DNA from: Eledone cirrhosa
Lineage: Eukaryota
Length of the DNA: 64,000 nucleotides
Reading direction: 5' to 3'
NCBI GenBank assembly: GCA_964016885.1
Contig: OZ024742.1
Span: forward strand, 222,890,001-222,954,000
The notes under the pieces were generated by a model. That model was not told the origin of the DNA. It made no database searches and saw only the letters and a program-made list of their open reading frames with translations. Made by a program: the position numbers and the translations under genes. Below are positions 40,201 through 54,000 of the stretch, in pieces. Every line of letters starts with the position of its first letter. Positions within the stretch are counted from its first letter, which is position 1.

Positions 40201-43200
40201 GTAGCTATAGTGAAAGAAGCTGTATGGTAGACATGGATTTACAGAAAGTCTTCTTCTGTCTGGTAGCTATAGTGAAAGAAGTTGTATGGTAGACATGGAT
40301 GTACAGAAAGTCTTCCTCTGCCTGGTAGCTATAGTGAAAGAAGCTGTATGGTAGACATGGATTTACAGAAAGTCTTCTTCTGTCTGGTAGATATAGTGAA
40401 AGAAGCAGTATGGTAGACATGGATGTACAGAAACTCTTCCTCTGCCCGGTAGCTATAGTGAAAGAAGCTGTATGGTAGACATGGATGTACAGAAACTCTT
40501 CTTCTGCCTGGTAGCTATAGTGAAAGAAGCTGTATGGTAGACATGGATGTACAGAAACTCTTCTTCTGCCTGGTAGCTATAGTGAAAGAAGCTGTATGGT
40601 AGACATGGATGTACAGAAACTCTTCTTCTGCCTGGTAGCTATAGTGAAAGAAGCTGTATGGTAGACATGGATGTACAGAAACTCTTCTTCTGCCTGGTAG
40701 CTATAGTGAAAGAAGCTGTATGGTAGACATGGATGTACAGAAACTCTTCTTCTGCCTGGTAGCTATAGTGAAAGAAGCTGTATGGTAGACATGGATGTAC
40801 AGAAACTCTTCTTCTGCCTGGTAGCTATAGTGAAAGAAGCTGTATGGTAGACATGGATGTACAGAAACTCTTCTTCTGCCTGGTAGCTATAGTGAAAGAA
40901 GCTGTATGGTAGACATGGATGTACAGAAACTCTTCTTCTGCCTGGTAGCTATAGTGAAAGAAGCTGTATGGTAGACATGGATGTACAGAAACTCTTCTTC
41001 TGCCTGGTAGCTATAGTGAAAGAAGCTGTATGGTAGACATGGATGTACAGAAACTCTTCTTCTGCCTGGTAGCTATAGTGAAAGAAGCTGTATGGTAGAC
41101 ATGGATGTACAGAAACTCTTCTTCTGCCTGGTAGCTATAGTGAAATAAGCTGTATGGTAGACATGGATGCACAGAAACTCTTCATTCTGTCTGGTAACTA
41201 TAGTGAAAGAAGCTGTATGGTAGACATGGATGTACAGAAACTCTTCTTCTGCCTGGTAGCTATAGTGAAAGAAGCTGTATGGTAGACATGGATGTACAGA
41301 AAGTCTTCCTCTGCCTGGTAGCTATAGTGAAAGAAGCTGTATGGTAGACATGGATGTACAGAAAGTCTTCCTCTGCCTGGTAGCTATAGTGAAAGAAGCT
41401 GTATGGTAGACATGGATTTACAGAAAGTCTTCTTCTGTCTGGTAGCTATAGTGAAAGAAGTTGTATGGTAGACATGGATGTACAGAAAGTCTTCCTCTGC
41501 CTGGTAGCTATAGTGAAAGAAGCTGTATGGTAGACATGGATTTACAGAAAGTCTTCTTCTGTCTGGTAGATATAGTGAAAGAAGCAGTATGGTAGACATG
41601 GATGTACAGAAACTCTTCCTCTGCCCGGTAGCTATAGTGAAAGAAGCTGTATGGTAGACATGGATGTACAGAAACTCTTCTTCTGCCTGGTAGCTATAGT
41701 GAAAGAAGCTGTATGGTAGACATGGATGTACAGAAACTCTTCTTCTGCCTGGTAGCTATAGTGAAAGAAGCTGTATGGTAGACATGGATGTACAGAAACT
41801 CTTCTTCTGCCTGGTAGCTATAGTGAAAGAAGCTGTATGGTAGACATGGATGTACAGAAACTCTTCTTCTGCCTGGTAGCTATAGTGAAAGAAGCTGTAT
41901 GGTAGACATGGATGTACAGAAACTCTTCTTCTGCCTGGTAGCTATAGTGAAAGAAGCTGTATGGTAGACATGGATGTACAGAAACTCTTCTTCTGCCTGG
42001 TAGCTATAGTGAAAGAAGCTGTATGGTAGACATGGATGTACAGAAACTCTTCTTCTGCCTGGTAGCTATAGTGAAAGAAGCTGTATGGTAGACATGGATG
42101 TACAGAAACTCTTCTTCTGCCTGGTAGCTATAGTGAAAGAAGCTGTATGGTAGACATGGATGTACAGAAACTCTTCTTCTGCCTGGTAGCTATAGTGAAA
42201 GAAGCTGTATGGTAGACATGGATGTACAGAAACTCTTCTTCTGCCTGGTAGCTATAGTGAAAGAAGCTGTATGGTAGACATGGATGTACAGAAACTCTTC
42301 TTCTGCCTGGTAGCTATAGTGAAAGAAGCTGTATGGTAGACATGGATGTACAGAAACTCTTCTTCTGCCTGGTAGCTATAGTGAAAGAAGCTGTATGGTA
42401 GACATGGATGTACAGAAACTCTTCTTCTGCCTGGTAGCTATAGTGAAAGAAGCTGTATGGTAGACATGGATGTACAGAAACTCTTCCTCTGCCTGGTAGC
42501 TATAGTGAAAGAAGCTGTATGGTAGACATGGATGTACAGAAACTCTTCTTCTGCCTGGTAGCTATAGTGAAAGAAGCTGTATGGTAGACATGGATGTACA
42601 GAAAGTCTTCCTCTGCCTGGTAGCTATAGTGAAAGAAGCTGTATGGTAGACATGGATGTACAGGAACTCTTCTTCTGTCTGGTGGCTATAGTGAGAGAAG
42701 CTGTATGGTAGACATGGATGTACAGAAACTCTTCCTCTGCCTGGTAGCTATAGTGAAAGAAGCTGTATGGTAGACGTGGATGTACAGAAACTCTTCTTCT
42801 GTCTGGTAGCTATAGTGAAAGAAGCTGTATGGTAGACATGGATGTACAGAAAGTCTTCCTCTCCCTGGTAGCTATAGTGAAAGAAGCTGTATAGTAGACA
42901 TGGATGTACAGAAAGTCTTCTTCTGTCTGGTAGCTATAGTGAAAGAAGCTGTATGGTAGACATGGATGTACAGAAAGTCTTCTGTCTGGTAGCTATAGTG
43001 AAAGAAGCTGTATGGTAGACATGGATGTACAGAAACTCTTCTTCTGTCTGGTAGCTATAGTGAAAGAAGCTGTATGGTAGACATGGATGTACAGAAAGTC
43101 TTCCTCTCCCTGGTAGCTATAGTGAAAGAAGCTGTATGGTAGACATGGATGTACAGAAAGTCTTCCTCTGCCTGGTAGCTATAGTGAAAGAAGCTGTATG

Positions 43201-46200
43201 GTAGACATGGATGTACAGGAACTCTTCTTCTGTCTGGTGGCTATAGTGAGAGAAGCTGTATGGTAGACATGGATGTACAGAAAGTCTTCTGTCTGGTAGC
43301 TATAGTGAAAGAAGCTGTATGGTAGACATGGATGTACAGAAACTCTTCTTCTGTCTGGTAGCTATAGTGAAAGAAGCTGTATGGTAGACATGGATGTACA
43401 GAAAGTCTTCCTCTCCCTGGTAGCTATAGTGAAAGAAGCTGTATAGTAGACATGGATGTACAGAAAGTCTTCCTCTGCCTGGTAGCTATAGTGAAAGAAG
43501 CTGTATAGTAGACATGGATGTACAGAAACTCTTCTTCTGCCTGGTAGCTATAGTGAAAGAAGCTGTATGGTAGACATGGATGTACAGAAACTCTTCATTC
43601 TGTCTGGTAGCTATAGTGAAAGAAGCTGTATGGTAGACATGGATGTACAGGAACTCTTCTTCTGTCTGGTCGCTATAGTGAAAGAAGCTGTATGGTAGAC
43701 ATGGATGTACAGAAACTCTTCCTCTGCCCGTTAGCTATAGTGAAAGAAGCTGTATGGTAGACATGGATGTACAGAAACTCTTCTTCTGCCTGGTAGCTAT
43801 AGTGAAATAAGCTGTATGGTAGACATGGATGCACAGAAACTCTTCATTCTGTCTGGTAACTATAGTGAAAGAAGCTGTATGGTAGACATGGATGTACAGA
43901 AACTCTTCTTCTGTCTGGTAACTATAGTGAAAGAAGCTGTATGGTAGACATGGATGTACAGAAACTCTTCTTCTGTCTGGTAACTATAGTGAAAGAAGCT
44001 GTATGGTAGACATGGATGTACAGAAACTCTTTTGCCTGGCAGCTATAGTGAAAGAAGCTGTATGGTAGACATGGATTTACAGAAAGTCTTCTTCTGTCTG
44101 GTAGCTATAGTGAAAGAAGTTGTATGGTAGACATGGATGTACAGAAAGTCTTCCTCTGCCTGGTAGCTATAGTGAAAGAAGCTGTATGGTAGACATGGAT
44201 TTACAGAAAGTCTTCTTCTGTCTGGTAGATATAGTGAAAGAAGCAGTATGGTAGACATGGATGTACAGAAACTCTTCCTCTGCCCGGTAGCTATAGTGAA
44301 AGAAGCTGTATGGTAGACATGGATGTACAGAAACTCTTCTTCTGCCTGGTAGCTATAGTGAAAGAAGCTGTATGGTAGACATGGATGTACAGAAACTCTT
44401 CTTCTGCCTGGTAGCTATAGTGAAAGAAGCTGTATGGTAGACATGGATGTACAGAAACTCTTTTTCTGCCTGGTAGCTATAGTGAAAGAAGCTGTATGGT
44501 AGACATGAATGTACAGAAACTGTTCTTCTGCCTGGCAGCTATAGTGAAAGAAGCTGTATGGTAGACATGGATGTACAGAAACTCTTCCTCTGCCTGGTAG
44601 CTATAGTGAAAGAAGCTGTATGGTAGACGTGGATGTACAGAAACTCTTCTTCTGTCTGGTAGCTATAGTGAAAGAAGCTGTATGGTAGACATGGATGTAC
44701 AGAAAGTCTTCCTCTCCGTGGTAGCTATAGTGAAAGAAGCTGTATGGTAGACATGGATGTACAGAAAGTCTTCCTCTGCCTGGTAGCTATAGTGAAAGAA
44801 GCTGTATGGTAGACATGGATGTACAGGAACTCTTCTTCTGTCTGGTGGCTATAGTGAGAGAAGCTGTATGGTAGACATGGATGTACAGAAAGTCTTCTGT
44901 CTGGTAGCTATAGTGAAAGAAGCTGTATGGTAGACATGGATGTACAGAAACTCTTCTTCTGTCTGGTAGCTATAGTGAAAGAAGCTGTATGGTAGACATG
45001 GATGTACAGAAAGTCTTCCTCTCCCTGGTAGCTATAGTGAAAGAAGCTGTATAGTAGACATGGATGTACAGAAAGTCTTCCTCTGCCTGGTAGCTATAGT
45101 GAAATAAGCTGTATAGTAGACATGGATGTACAGAAACTCTTCTTCTGCCTGGTAGCTATAGTGAAAGAAGCTGTATGGTAGACATGGATGTACAGAAACT
45201 CTTCATTCTGTCTGGTAGCTATAGTGAAAGAAGCTGTATGGTAGACATGGATGTACAGGAACTCTTCTTCTGTCTGGTCGCTATAGTGAAAGAAGCTGTA
45301 TGGTAGACATGGATGTACAGAAACTCTTCCTCTGCCCGGTAGCTATAGTGAAAGAAGCTGTATGGTAGACATGGATGTACAGAAACTCTTCTTCTGCCTG
45401 GTAGCTATAGTGAAATAAGCTGTATGGTAGACATGGATGCACAGAAACTCTTCATTCTGTCTGGTAACTATAGTGAAAGAAGCTGTATGGTAGACATGGA
45501 TGTACAGAAACTCTTCTTCTGCCTGGTAGCTATAGTGAAAGAAGCTGTATGGTAGACATGGATGTACAGAAAGTCTTCCTCTGCCTGGTAGCTATAGTGA
45601 AAGAAGCTGTATGGTAGACATGGATGTACAGAAAGTCTTCCTCTGCCTGGTAGCTATAGTGAAAGAAGCTGTATGTTAGACATGGATTTACAGAAAGTCT
45701 TCTTCTGTCTGGTAGCTATAGTGAAAGAAGTTGTATGGTAGACATGGATGTACAGAAAGTCTTCCTCTGCCTGGTAGCTATAGTGAAAGAAGCTGTATGG
45801 TAGACATGGATTTACAGAAAGTCTTCTTCTGTCTGGTAGATATAGTGAAAGAAGCAGTATGGTAGACATGGATGTACAGAAACTCTTCCTCTGCCCGGTA
45901 GCTATAGTGAAAGAAGCTGTATGGTAGACATGGATGTACAGAAACTCTTCTTCTGCCTGGTAGCTATAGTGAAAGAAGCTGTATGGTAGACATGGATGTA
46001 CAGAAACTCTTCTTCTGCCTGGTAGCTATAGTGAAAGAAGCTGTATGGTAGACATGGATGTACAGAAACTCTTCTTCTGCCTGGTAGCTATAGTGAAAGA
46101 AGCTGTATGGTAGACATGGATGTACAGAAACTCTTCTTCTGCCTGGTAGCTATAGTGAAAGAAGCTGTATGGTAGACATGGATGTACAGAAACTCTTCTT

Positions 46201-49200
46201 CTGCCTGGTAGCTATAGTGAAAGAAGCTGTATGGTAGACATGGATGTACAGAAACTCTTCTGCCTGGTAGCTATAGTGAAAGAAGCTGTATGGTAGACAT
46301 GGATGTACAGAAAGTCTTCCTCTGCCTGGTAGCTATAGTGAAAGAAGCAGTATGGTAGACATGGATGTACAGAAACTCTTCCTCTGCCCGGTAGCTATAG
46401 TGAAAGAAGCTGTATGGTAGACATGGATGTACAGAAACTCTTCTTCTGCCTGGTAGCTATAGTGAAATAAGCTGTATGGTAGACATGGATGCACAGAAAC
46501 TCTTCATTCTGTCTGGTAACTATAGTGAAAGAAGCTGTATGGTAGACATGGATGTACAGAAACTCTTCTTCTGCCTGGTAGCTATAGTGAAAGAAGCTGT
46601 ATGGTAGACATGGATGTACAGAAAGTCTTCCTCTGCCTGGTAGCTATAGTGAAAGAAGCTGTATGGTAGACATGGATGTACAGAAAGTCTTCCTCTGCCT
46701 GGTAGCTATAGTGAAAGAAGCTGTATGGTAGACATGGATTTACAGAAAGTCTTCTTCTGTCTGGTAGCTATAGTGAAAGAAGTTGTATGGTAGACATGGA
46801 TGTACAGAAAGTCTTCCTCTGCCTGGTAGCTATAGTGAAAGAAGCTGTATGGTAGACATGGATTTACAGAAAGTCTTCTTCTGTCTGGTAGACATAGTGA
46901 AAGAAGCAGTATGGTAGACATGGATGTACAGAAACTCTTCCTCTGCCCGGTAGCTATAGTGAAAGAAGCTGTATGGTAGACATGGATGTACAGAAACTCT
47001 TCTTCTGCCTGGTAGCTATAGTGAAAGAAGCTGTATGGTAGACATGGATGTACAGAAACTCTTCTTCTGCCTGGTAGCTATAGTGAAAGAAGCTGTATGG
47101 TAGACATGGATGTACAGAAACTCTTCTTCTGCCTGGTAGCTATAGTGAAAGAAGCTGTATGGTAGACATGGATGTACAGAAACTCTTCTTCTGCCTGGTA
47201 GCTATAGTGAAAGAAGCTGTATGGTAGACATGGATGTACAGAAACTCTTCTTCTGCCTGGTAGCTATAGTGAAAGAAGCTGTATGGTAGACATGGATGTA
47301 CAGAAACTCTTCTTCTGCCTGGTAGCTATAGTGAAAGAAGCTGTATGGTAGACATGGATGTACAGAAAGTCTTCCTCTGCCTGGTAGCTATAGTGAAAGA
47401 AGCAGTATGGTAGACATGGATGTACAGAAACTCTTCCTCTGCCCGGTAGCTATAGTGAAAGAAGCTGTGTGGTAGACATGGATGTACAGAAACTCTTCTG
47501 CCTGGTAGCTATAGTGAAAGAAGCTGTATGGTAGACATGAATGTACAGAAACTCTTCCTCTGCCTGGTAGCTATAGTGAAAGAAGCTTTATGGTAGACAT
47601 GGATGTACAGAAACTCTTCTTCTGCCCGGTAGCTATAGTGAAAGAAGCTGTATGGTAGACATAGATGTACAGAAACTCTTCTTCTGCCTGGTAGCTATAG
47701 TGAAAGAAGCTGTATGGTAGACATGGATGTACAGAAACTCTTCCTCTGCCTGGTAGCTATAGTGAAAGAAGCTGTATGGTAGACATGGATGTACAGAAAC
47801 TCTTCTTCTGTCTGGTAGCTATAGTCAAAGAAGCTGTATGGTAGACATGGATGTACAGAAACTCATCCTCTGCCTAGTAGCTATAGTGAAAGAAGCTGTA
47901 TGGTAGACATAGATGTACAGAAACTCTTCTGCCTGGTAGCTATAGTGAAAGAAGCTGTATGGTAGACATGGATGTACAAAAATTCTTCTTCTGCCTGGTA
48001 GCTATAGTGAAAGAAGCTGTATGGTAGACATGGATGTACAGAAACTCTTCTGCCTGGTAGCTATAGTGAAAGAAGCTGTATGGTAGACATGGATGTACAG
48101 AAATTCTTCTTCTGCCTGGTAGCTATAGTGAAAGAAGCTGTATGGTAGACATGGATGTACAGAAACTCTTCTTCTGCCTGGTAGCTATAGTGAAAGAAGC
48201 TGTATGGTAGACATGGATGTACAGAAAGTCTTCCTCTGCCTGGTAGCTATAGTGAAAGAAGCTGTATGGTAGACATGGATTTACAGAAAGTCTTCTTCTG
48301 TCTGGTAGCTATAGTGAAAGAAGTTGTATGGTAGACATGGATGTACAGAAAGTCTTCCTCTGCCTGGTAGCTATAGTGAAAGAAGCTGTATGGTAGACAT
48401 GGATTTACAGAAAGTCTTCTTCTGTCTGGTAGATATAGTGAAAGAAGCAGTATGGTAGACATGGATGTACAGAAACTCTTCCTCTGCCCGGTAGCTATAG
48501 TGAAAGAAGCTGTATGGTAGACATGGATGTACAGAAACTCTTCTTCTGCCTGGTAGCTATAGTGAAAGAAGCTGTATGGTAGACATGGATGTACAGAAAC
48601 TCTTCTTCTGCCTGGTAGCTATAGTGAAAGAAGCTGTATGGTAGACATGGATGTACAGAAACTCTTTTTCTGCCTGGTAGCTATAGTGAAAGAAGCTGTA
48701 TGGTAGACATGAATGTACAGAAACTCTTCTTCTGCCTGGCAGCTATAGTGAAAGAAGCTGTATGGTAGACATGGATGTACAGAAAGTCTTCCTCTGCCTG
48801 GTAGCTATAGTGAAAGAAGCTGTATGGTAGACATGAATGTACAGAAACTCTTCTTCTGCCTGGCAGCTATAGTGAAAGAAGCTGTATGGTAGACATGGAT
48901 GTACAGAAAGTCTTCCTCTGCCTGGTAGCTATAGTGAAAGAAGCTGTATGGTAGACATGGATGTACAGAAACTCTTCCTCTGCCTGGTAGCTATAGTGAA
49001 AGAAGCTGTATGGTAGACGTGGATGTACAGAAACTCTTCTTCTGTCTGGTAGCTATAGTGAAAGAAGCTGTATGGTAGACATGGATGTACAGAAAGTCTT
49101 CCTCTCCGTGGTAGCTATAGTGAAAGAAGCTGTATGGTAGACATGGATGTACAGAAAGTCTTCCTCTGCCTGGTAGCTATAGTGAAAGAAGCTGTATGGT

Positions 49201-51007
49201 AGACATGGATGTACAGGAACTCTTCTTCTGTCTGGTGGCTATAGTGAGAGAAGCTGTATGGTAGACATGGATGTACAGAAAGTCTTCTGTCTGGTAGCTA
49301 TAGTGAAAGAAGCTGTATGGTAGACATGGATGTACAGAAACTCTTCTTCTGTCTGGTAGCTATAGTGAAAGAAGCTGTATGGTAGACATGGATGTACAGA
49401 AAGTCTTCCTCTCCCTGGTAGCTATAGTGAAAGAAGCTGTATAGTAGACATGGATGTACAGAAAGTCTTCCTCTGCCTGGTAGCTATAGTGAAAGAAGCT
49501 GTATAGTAGACATGGATGTACAGAAACTCTTCTTCTGCCTGGTAGCTATAGTGAAAGAAGCTGTATGGTAGACATGGATGTACAGAAACTCTTCATTCTG
49601 TCTGGTAGCTATAGTGAAAGAAGCTGTATGGTAGACATGGATGTACAGGAACTCTTCTTCTGTCTGGTCGCTATAGTGAAAGAAGCTGTATGGTAGACAT
49701 GGATGTACAGAAACTCTTCCTCTGCCCGGTAGCTATAGTGAAAGAAGCTGTATGGTAGACATGGATGTACAGAAACTCTTCTTCTGCCTGGTAGCTATAG
49801 TGAAATAAGCTGTATGGTAGACATGGATGCACAGAAACTCTTCATTCTGTCTGGTAACTATAGTGAAAGAAGCTGTATGGTAGACATGGATGTACAGAAA
49901 CTCTTCTTCTGCCTGGTAGCTATAGTGAAAGAAGCTGTATGGTAGACATGGATGTACAGAAAGTCTTCCTCTGCCTGGTAGCTATAGTGAAAGAAGCTGT
50001 ATGGTAGACATGGATGTACAGAAAGTCTTCCTCTGCCTGGTAGCTATAGTGAAAGAAGCTGTATGGTAGACATGGATTTACAGAAAGTCTTCTTCTGTCT
50101 GGTAGCTATAGTGAAAGAAGTTGTATGGTAGACATGGATGTACAGAAAGTCTTCCTCTGCCTGGTAGCTATAGTGAAAGAAGCTGTATGGTAGACATGGA
50201 TTTACAGAAAGTCTTCTTCTGTCTGGTAGATATAGTGAAAGAAGCAGTATGGTAGACATGGATGTACAGAAACTCTTCCTCTGCCCGGTAGCTATAGTGA
50301 AAGAAGCTGTATGGTAGACATGGATGTACAGAAACTCTTCTTCTGCCTGGTAGCTATAGTGAAAGAAGCTGTATGGTAGACATGGATGTACAGAAACTCT
50401 TCTTCTGCCTGGTAGCTATAGTGAAAGAAGCTGTATGGTAGACATGGATGTACAGAAACTCTTCTTCTGCCTGGTAGCTATAGTGAAAGAAGCTGTATGG
50501 TAGACATGGATGTACAGAAACTCTTCTTCTGCCTGGTAGCTATAGTGAAAGAAGCTGTATGGTAGACATGGATGTACAGAAACTCTTCTTCTGCCTGGTA
50601 GCTATAGTGAAAGAAGCTGTATGGTAGACATGGATGTACAGAAACTCTTCTTCTGCCTGGTAGCTATAGTGAAAGAAGCTGTATGGTAGACATGGATGTA
50701 CAGAAACTCTTCTTCTGCCTGGTAGCTATAGTGAAAGAAGCTGTATGGTAGACATGGATGTACAGAAACTCTTCTTCTGCCTGGTAGCTATAGTGAAAGA
50801 AGCTGTATGGTAGACATGGATGTACAGAAACTCTTCTTCTGCCTGGTAGCTATAGTGAAAGAAGCTGTATGGTAGACATGGATGTACAGAAACTCTTCTT
50901 CTGCCTGGTAGCTATAGTGAAAGAAGCTGTATGGTAGACATGGATGTACAGAAACTCTTCTTCTGCCTGGTAGCTATAGTGAAAGAAGCTGTATGGTAGA
51001 CATGGAT
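34204..51007. repeat. Large internal duplication of about 9.8 kb offset (about 34.2-41.1 kb vs 44.0-51.0 kb), itself containing a 4390-bp sub-duplication
   Basis: The rare CTCTCCGTGG marker has its CCGT at 34877, 39267, 44716 and 49106 (gaps 4390, 5449, 4390; pairs 9839 apart). The 'LSLCLP' ORF variant occurs only at 36929 and 46706 (9777 apart). Confidence 0.85.
41666..42471. repeat. Run of 13 identical 62-bp monomers (CTTCTTCTGCCTGG type)
   Basis: Monomer starts run from 41666 to 42410 in steps of 62 with no difference seen. The next monomer (42472) is the CTTCCTC type. Confidence 0.85.
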
Positions 51008-54000
51008 GTACAGAAACTCTTCCTCTCCCTGGTAGCTATAGTGAAAGAAGCTGTATGGTAGACATGGATGTACAGAAAGTCTTCCTCTGCCTGGTAGCTA
51101 TAGTGAAAGAAGCTGTATGGTAGACATGGATGTACAGGAACTCTTCTTCTGTCTGGTGGCTATAGTGAGAGAAGCTGTATGGTAGACATGGATGTACAGA
51201 AAGTCTTCCTCTGCCCGGTAGCTATAGTGAAAGAAGCTGTATGGTAGACATGGATGTACAGGAACTCTTCTTCTGTCTGGTGGCTATAGTGAGAGAAGCT
51301 GTATGGTAGACATGGATGTACAGGAACTCTTCTTCTGTCTGGTCGCTATAGTGAAAGAAGCTGTATGGTAGACATGGATGTACAGAAACTCTTCCTCTGT
51401 CTGGTAGCTATAGTGAAAGAAGCTGTATGGTAGACATGGATGTACAGAAAGTCTTCTGTCTGGTAGCTATAGTGAAAGAAGCTGTATGGTAGACATGGAT
51501 GTACAGAAACTCTTCTTCTGTCTGGTAGCTATAGTGAAAGAAGCTGTATGGTAGACATGGATGTACAGAAAGTCTTCCTCTCCCTGGTAGCTATAGTGAA
51601 AGAAGCTGTATAGTAGACATGGATGTACAGAAAGTCTTCCTCTGCCTGGTAGCTATAGTGAAAGAAGCTGTATAGTAGACATGGATGTACAGAAACTCTT
51701 CTTCTGCCTGGTAGCTATAGTGAAAGAAGCTGTATGGTAGACATGGATGTACAGAAACTCTTCATTCTGTCTGGTAGCTATAGTGAAAGAAGCTGTATGG
51801 TAGACATGGATGTACAGGAACTCTTCTTCTGTCTGGTCGCTATAGTGAAAGAAGCTGTATGGTAGACATGGATGTACAGAAACTCTTCCTCTGCCCGTTA
51901 GCTATAGTGAAAGAAGCTGTATGGTAGACATGGATGTACAGAAACTCTTCTTCTGCCTGGTAGCTATAGTGAAATAAGCTGTATGGTAGACATGGATGCA
52001 CAGAAACTCTTCATTCTGTCTGGTAACTATAGTGAAAGAAGCTGTATGGTAGACATGGATGTACAGAAACTCTTCTTCTGTCTGGTAACTATAGTGAAAG
52101 AAGCTGTATGGTAGACATGGATGTACAGAAACTCTTCTTCTGTCTGGTAACTATAGTGAAAGAAGCTGTATGGTAGACATGGATGTACAGAAACTCTTTT
52201 GCCTGGCAGCTATAGTGAAAGAAGCTGTATGGTAGACATGGATGTACAGAAACTCTTCTTCTGACTGGTAGCTATAGTGAAAGAAGCTGTATGGTAGACA
52301 TGGATGTACAGAAACTCTTCCTCTGCCCGGTAGCTATAGTGAAAGAAGCTGTATGGTAGACATGGATGTACAGAAACTCTTCTTCTGCCCGGTAGCTATA
52401 GTGAAATAAGCTGTATGGTAGACATGGATGCACAGAAACTCTTCATTCTGTCTGGTAACTATAGTGAAAGAAGCTGTATGGTAGACATGGATGTACAGAA
52501 ACTCTTCTTCTGTCTGGTAACTATAGTGAAAGAAGCTGTATGGTAGACATGGATGTACAGAAACTCTTCTTCTGTCTGGTAACTATAGTGAAAGAAGCTG
52601 TATGGTAGACATGGATGTACAGAAACTCTTTTGCCTGGCAGCTATAGTGAAAGAAGCTGTATGGTAGACATGGATGTACAGAAACTCTTCTCCTGTCTGG
52701 TAACTATAGTGAAAGAAGCTGTATGGTAGACATGGATGTTCAGAAAATCTTCCTCTGCCCGGTAGCTATAGTGAAAGAAGCTGTATGGTAGACATGGATG
52801 TACAGAAACTCTTCCTCTGTCTGGTAGCTATAGTGAAAGAAGCTGTATGGTAGACATGGATGTACAGAAACTCCTCTTCTGCCTGGTAACTATAGTGAAA
52901 GAAGCTGTATGGTAGACATGGATGTACAGAAACTCTTCTTCTGTCTGGTAACTATAGTGAAAGAAGCTGTATGGTAGACATGGATGTACAGAAACTCTTC
53001 TTCTGCCTGGTAGCTATAGTGAAAGAAGCTGTATGGTAGACATGGATGTACAGAAACTCTTCTTCTGCCTGGTAGCTATAGTGAAAGAAGCTGTATGGTA
53101 GACATGGATGTACAGAAACTCTTCCTCTCCCTGGTAGCTATAGTGAAAGAAGCTGTATGGTAGACATGGATGTACAGAAAGTCTTCCTCTGCCTGGTAGC
53201 TATAGTGAAAGAAGCTGTATGGTAGACATGGATGTACAGGAACTCTTCTTCTGTCTGGTGGCTATAGTGAGAGAAGCTGTATGGTAGACATGGATGTACA
53301 GAAAGTCTTCCTCTGCCCGGTAGCTATAGTGAAAGAAGCTGTATGGTAGACATGGATGTACAGGAACTCTTCTTCTGTCTGGTGGCTATAGTGAGAGAAG
53401 CTGTATGGTAGACATGGATGTACAGGAACTCTTCTTCTGTCTGGTCGCTATAGTGAAAGAAGCTGTATGGTAGACATGGATGTACAGAAACTCTTCCTCT
53501 GTCTGGTAGCTATAGTGAAAGAAGCTGTATGGTAGACATGGATGTACAGAAAGTCTTCTGTCTGGTAGCTATAGTGAAAGAAGCTGTATGGTAGACATGG
53601 ATGTACAGAAACTCTTCTTCTGTCTGGTAGCTATAGTGAAAGAAGCTGTATGGTAGACATGGATGTACAGAAAGTCTTCCTCTCCCTGGTAGCTATAGTG
53701 AAAGAAGCTGTATAGTAGACATGGATGTACAGAAAGTCTTCCTCTGCCTGGTAGCTATAGTGAAAGAAGCTGTATAGTAGACATGGATGTACAGAAACTC
53801 TTCTTCTGCCTGGTAGCTATAGTGAAAGAAGCTGTATGGTAGACATGGATGTACAGAAACTCTTCATTCTGTCTGGTAGCTATAGTGAAAGAAGCTGTAT
53901 GGTAGACATGGATGTACAGGAACTCTTCTTCTGTCTGGTCGCTATAGTGAAAGAAGCTGTATGGTAGACATGGATGTACAGAAACTCTTCCTCTGCCCGT

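Larger units (their letters stand above)
27351..52000. repeat. Array domain B: higher-order-repeat region marked by GATTTAC, AAAGTC, GCAGTA, GTAGATATAG, CTCTCCCTGG and 63-bp TTCATTCTG variants
   Basis: A 3-monomer marker cassette, which yields the 71-aa minus-strand ORFs, recurs 12 times between 33035 and 50259. Diagnostic variants recur at fixed multi-kb offsets. Boundaries are approximate. Confidence 0.8.

Noticed and set aside
23232-50259. Fifteen near-identical 71-aa minus-strand ORFs (MSTIQ/ILLLSL...) as a gene family
   Set aside because: They are translations of about 3.5 satellite monomers in which one substitution removes the TAG. The peptide just cycles through the three frames of the repeat, with no recognisable domain or gene context.
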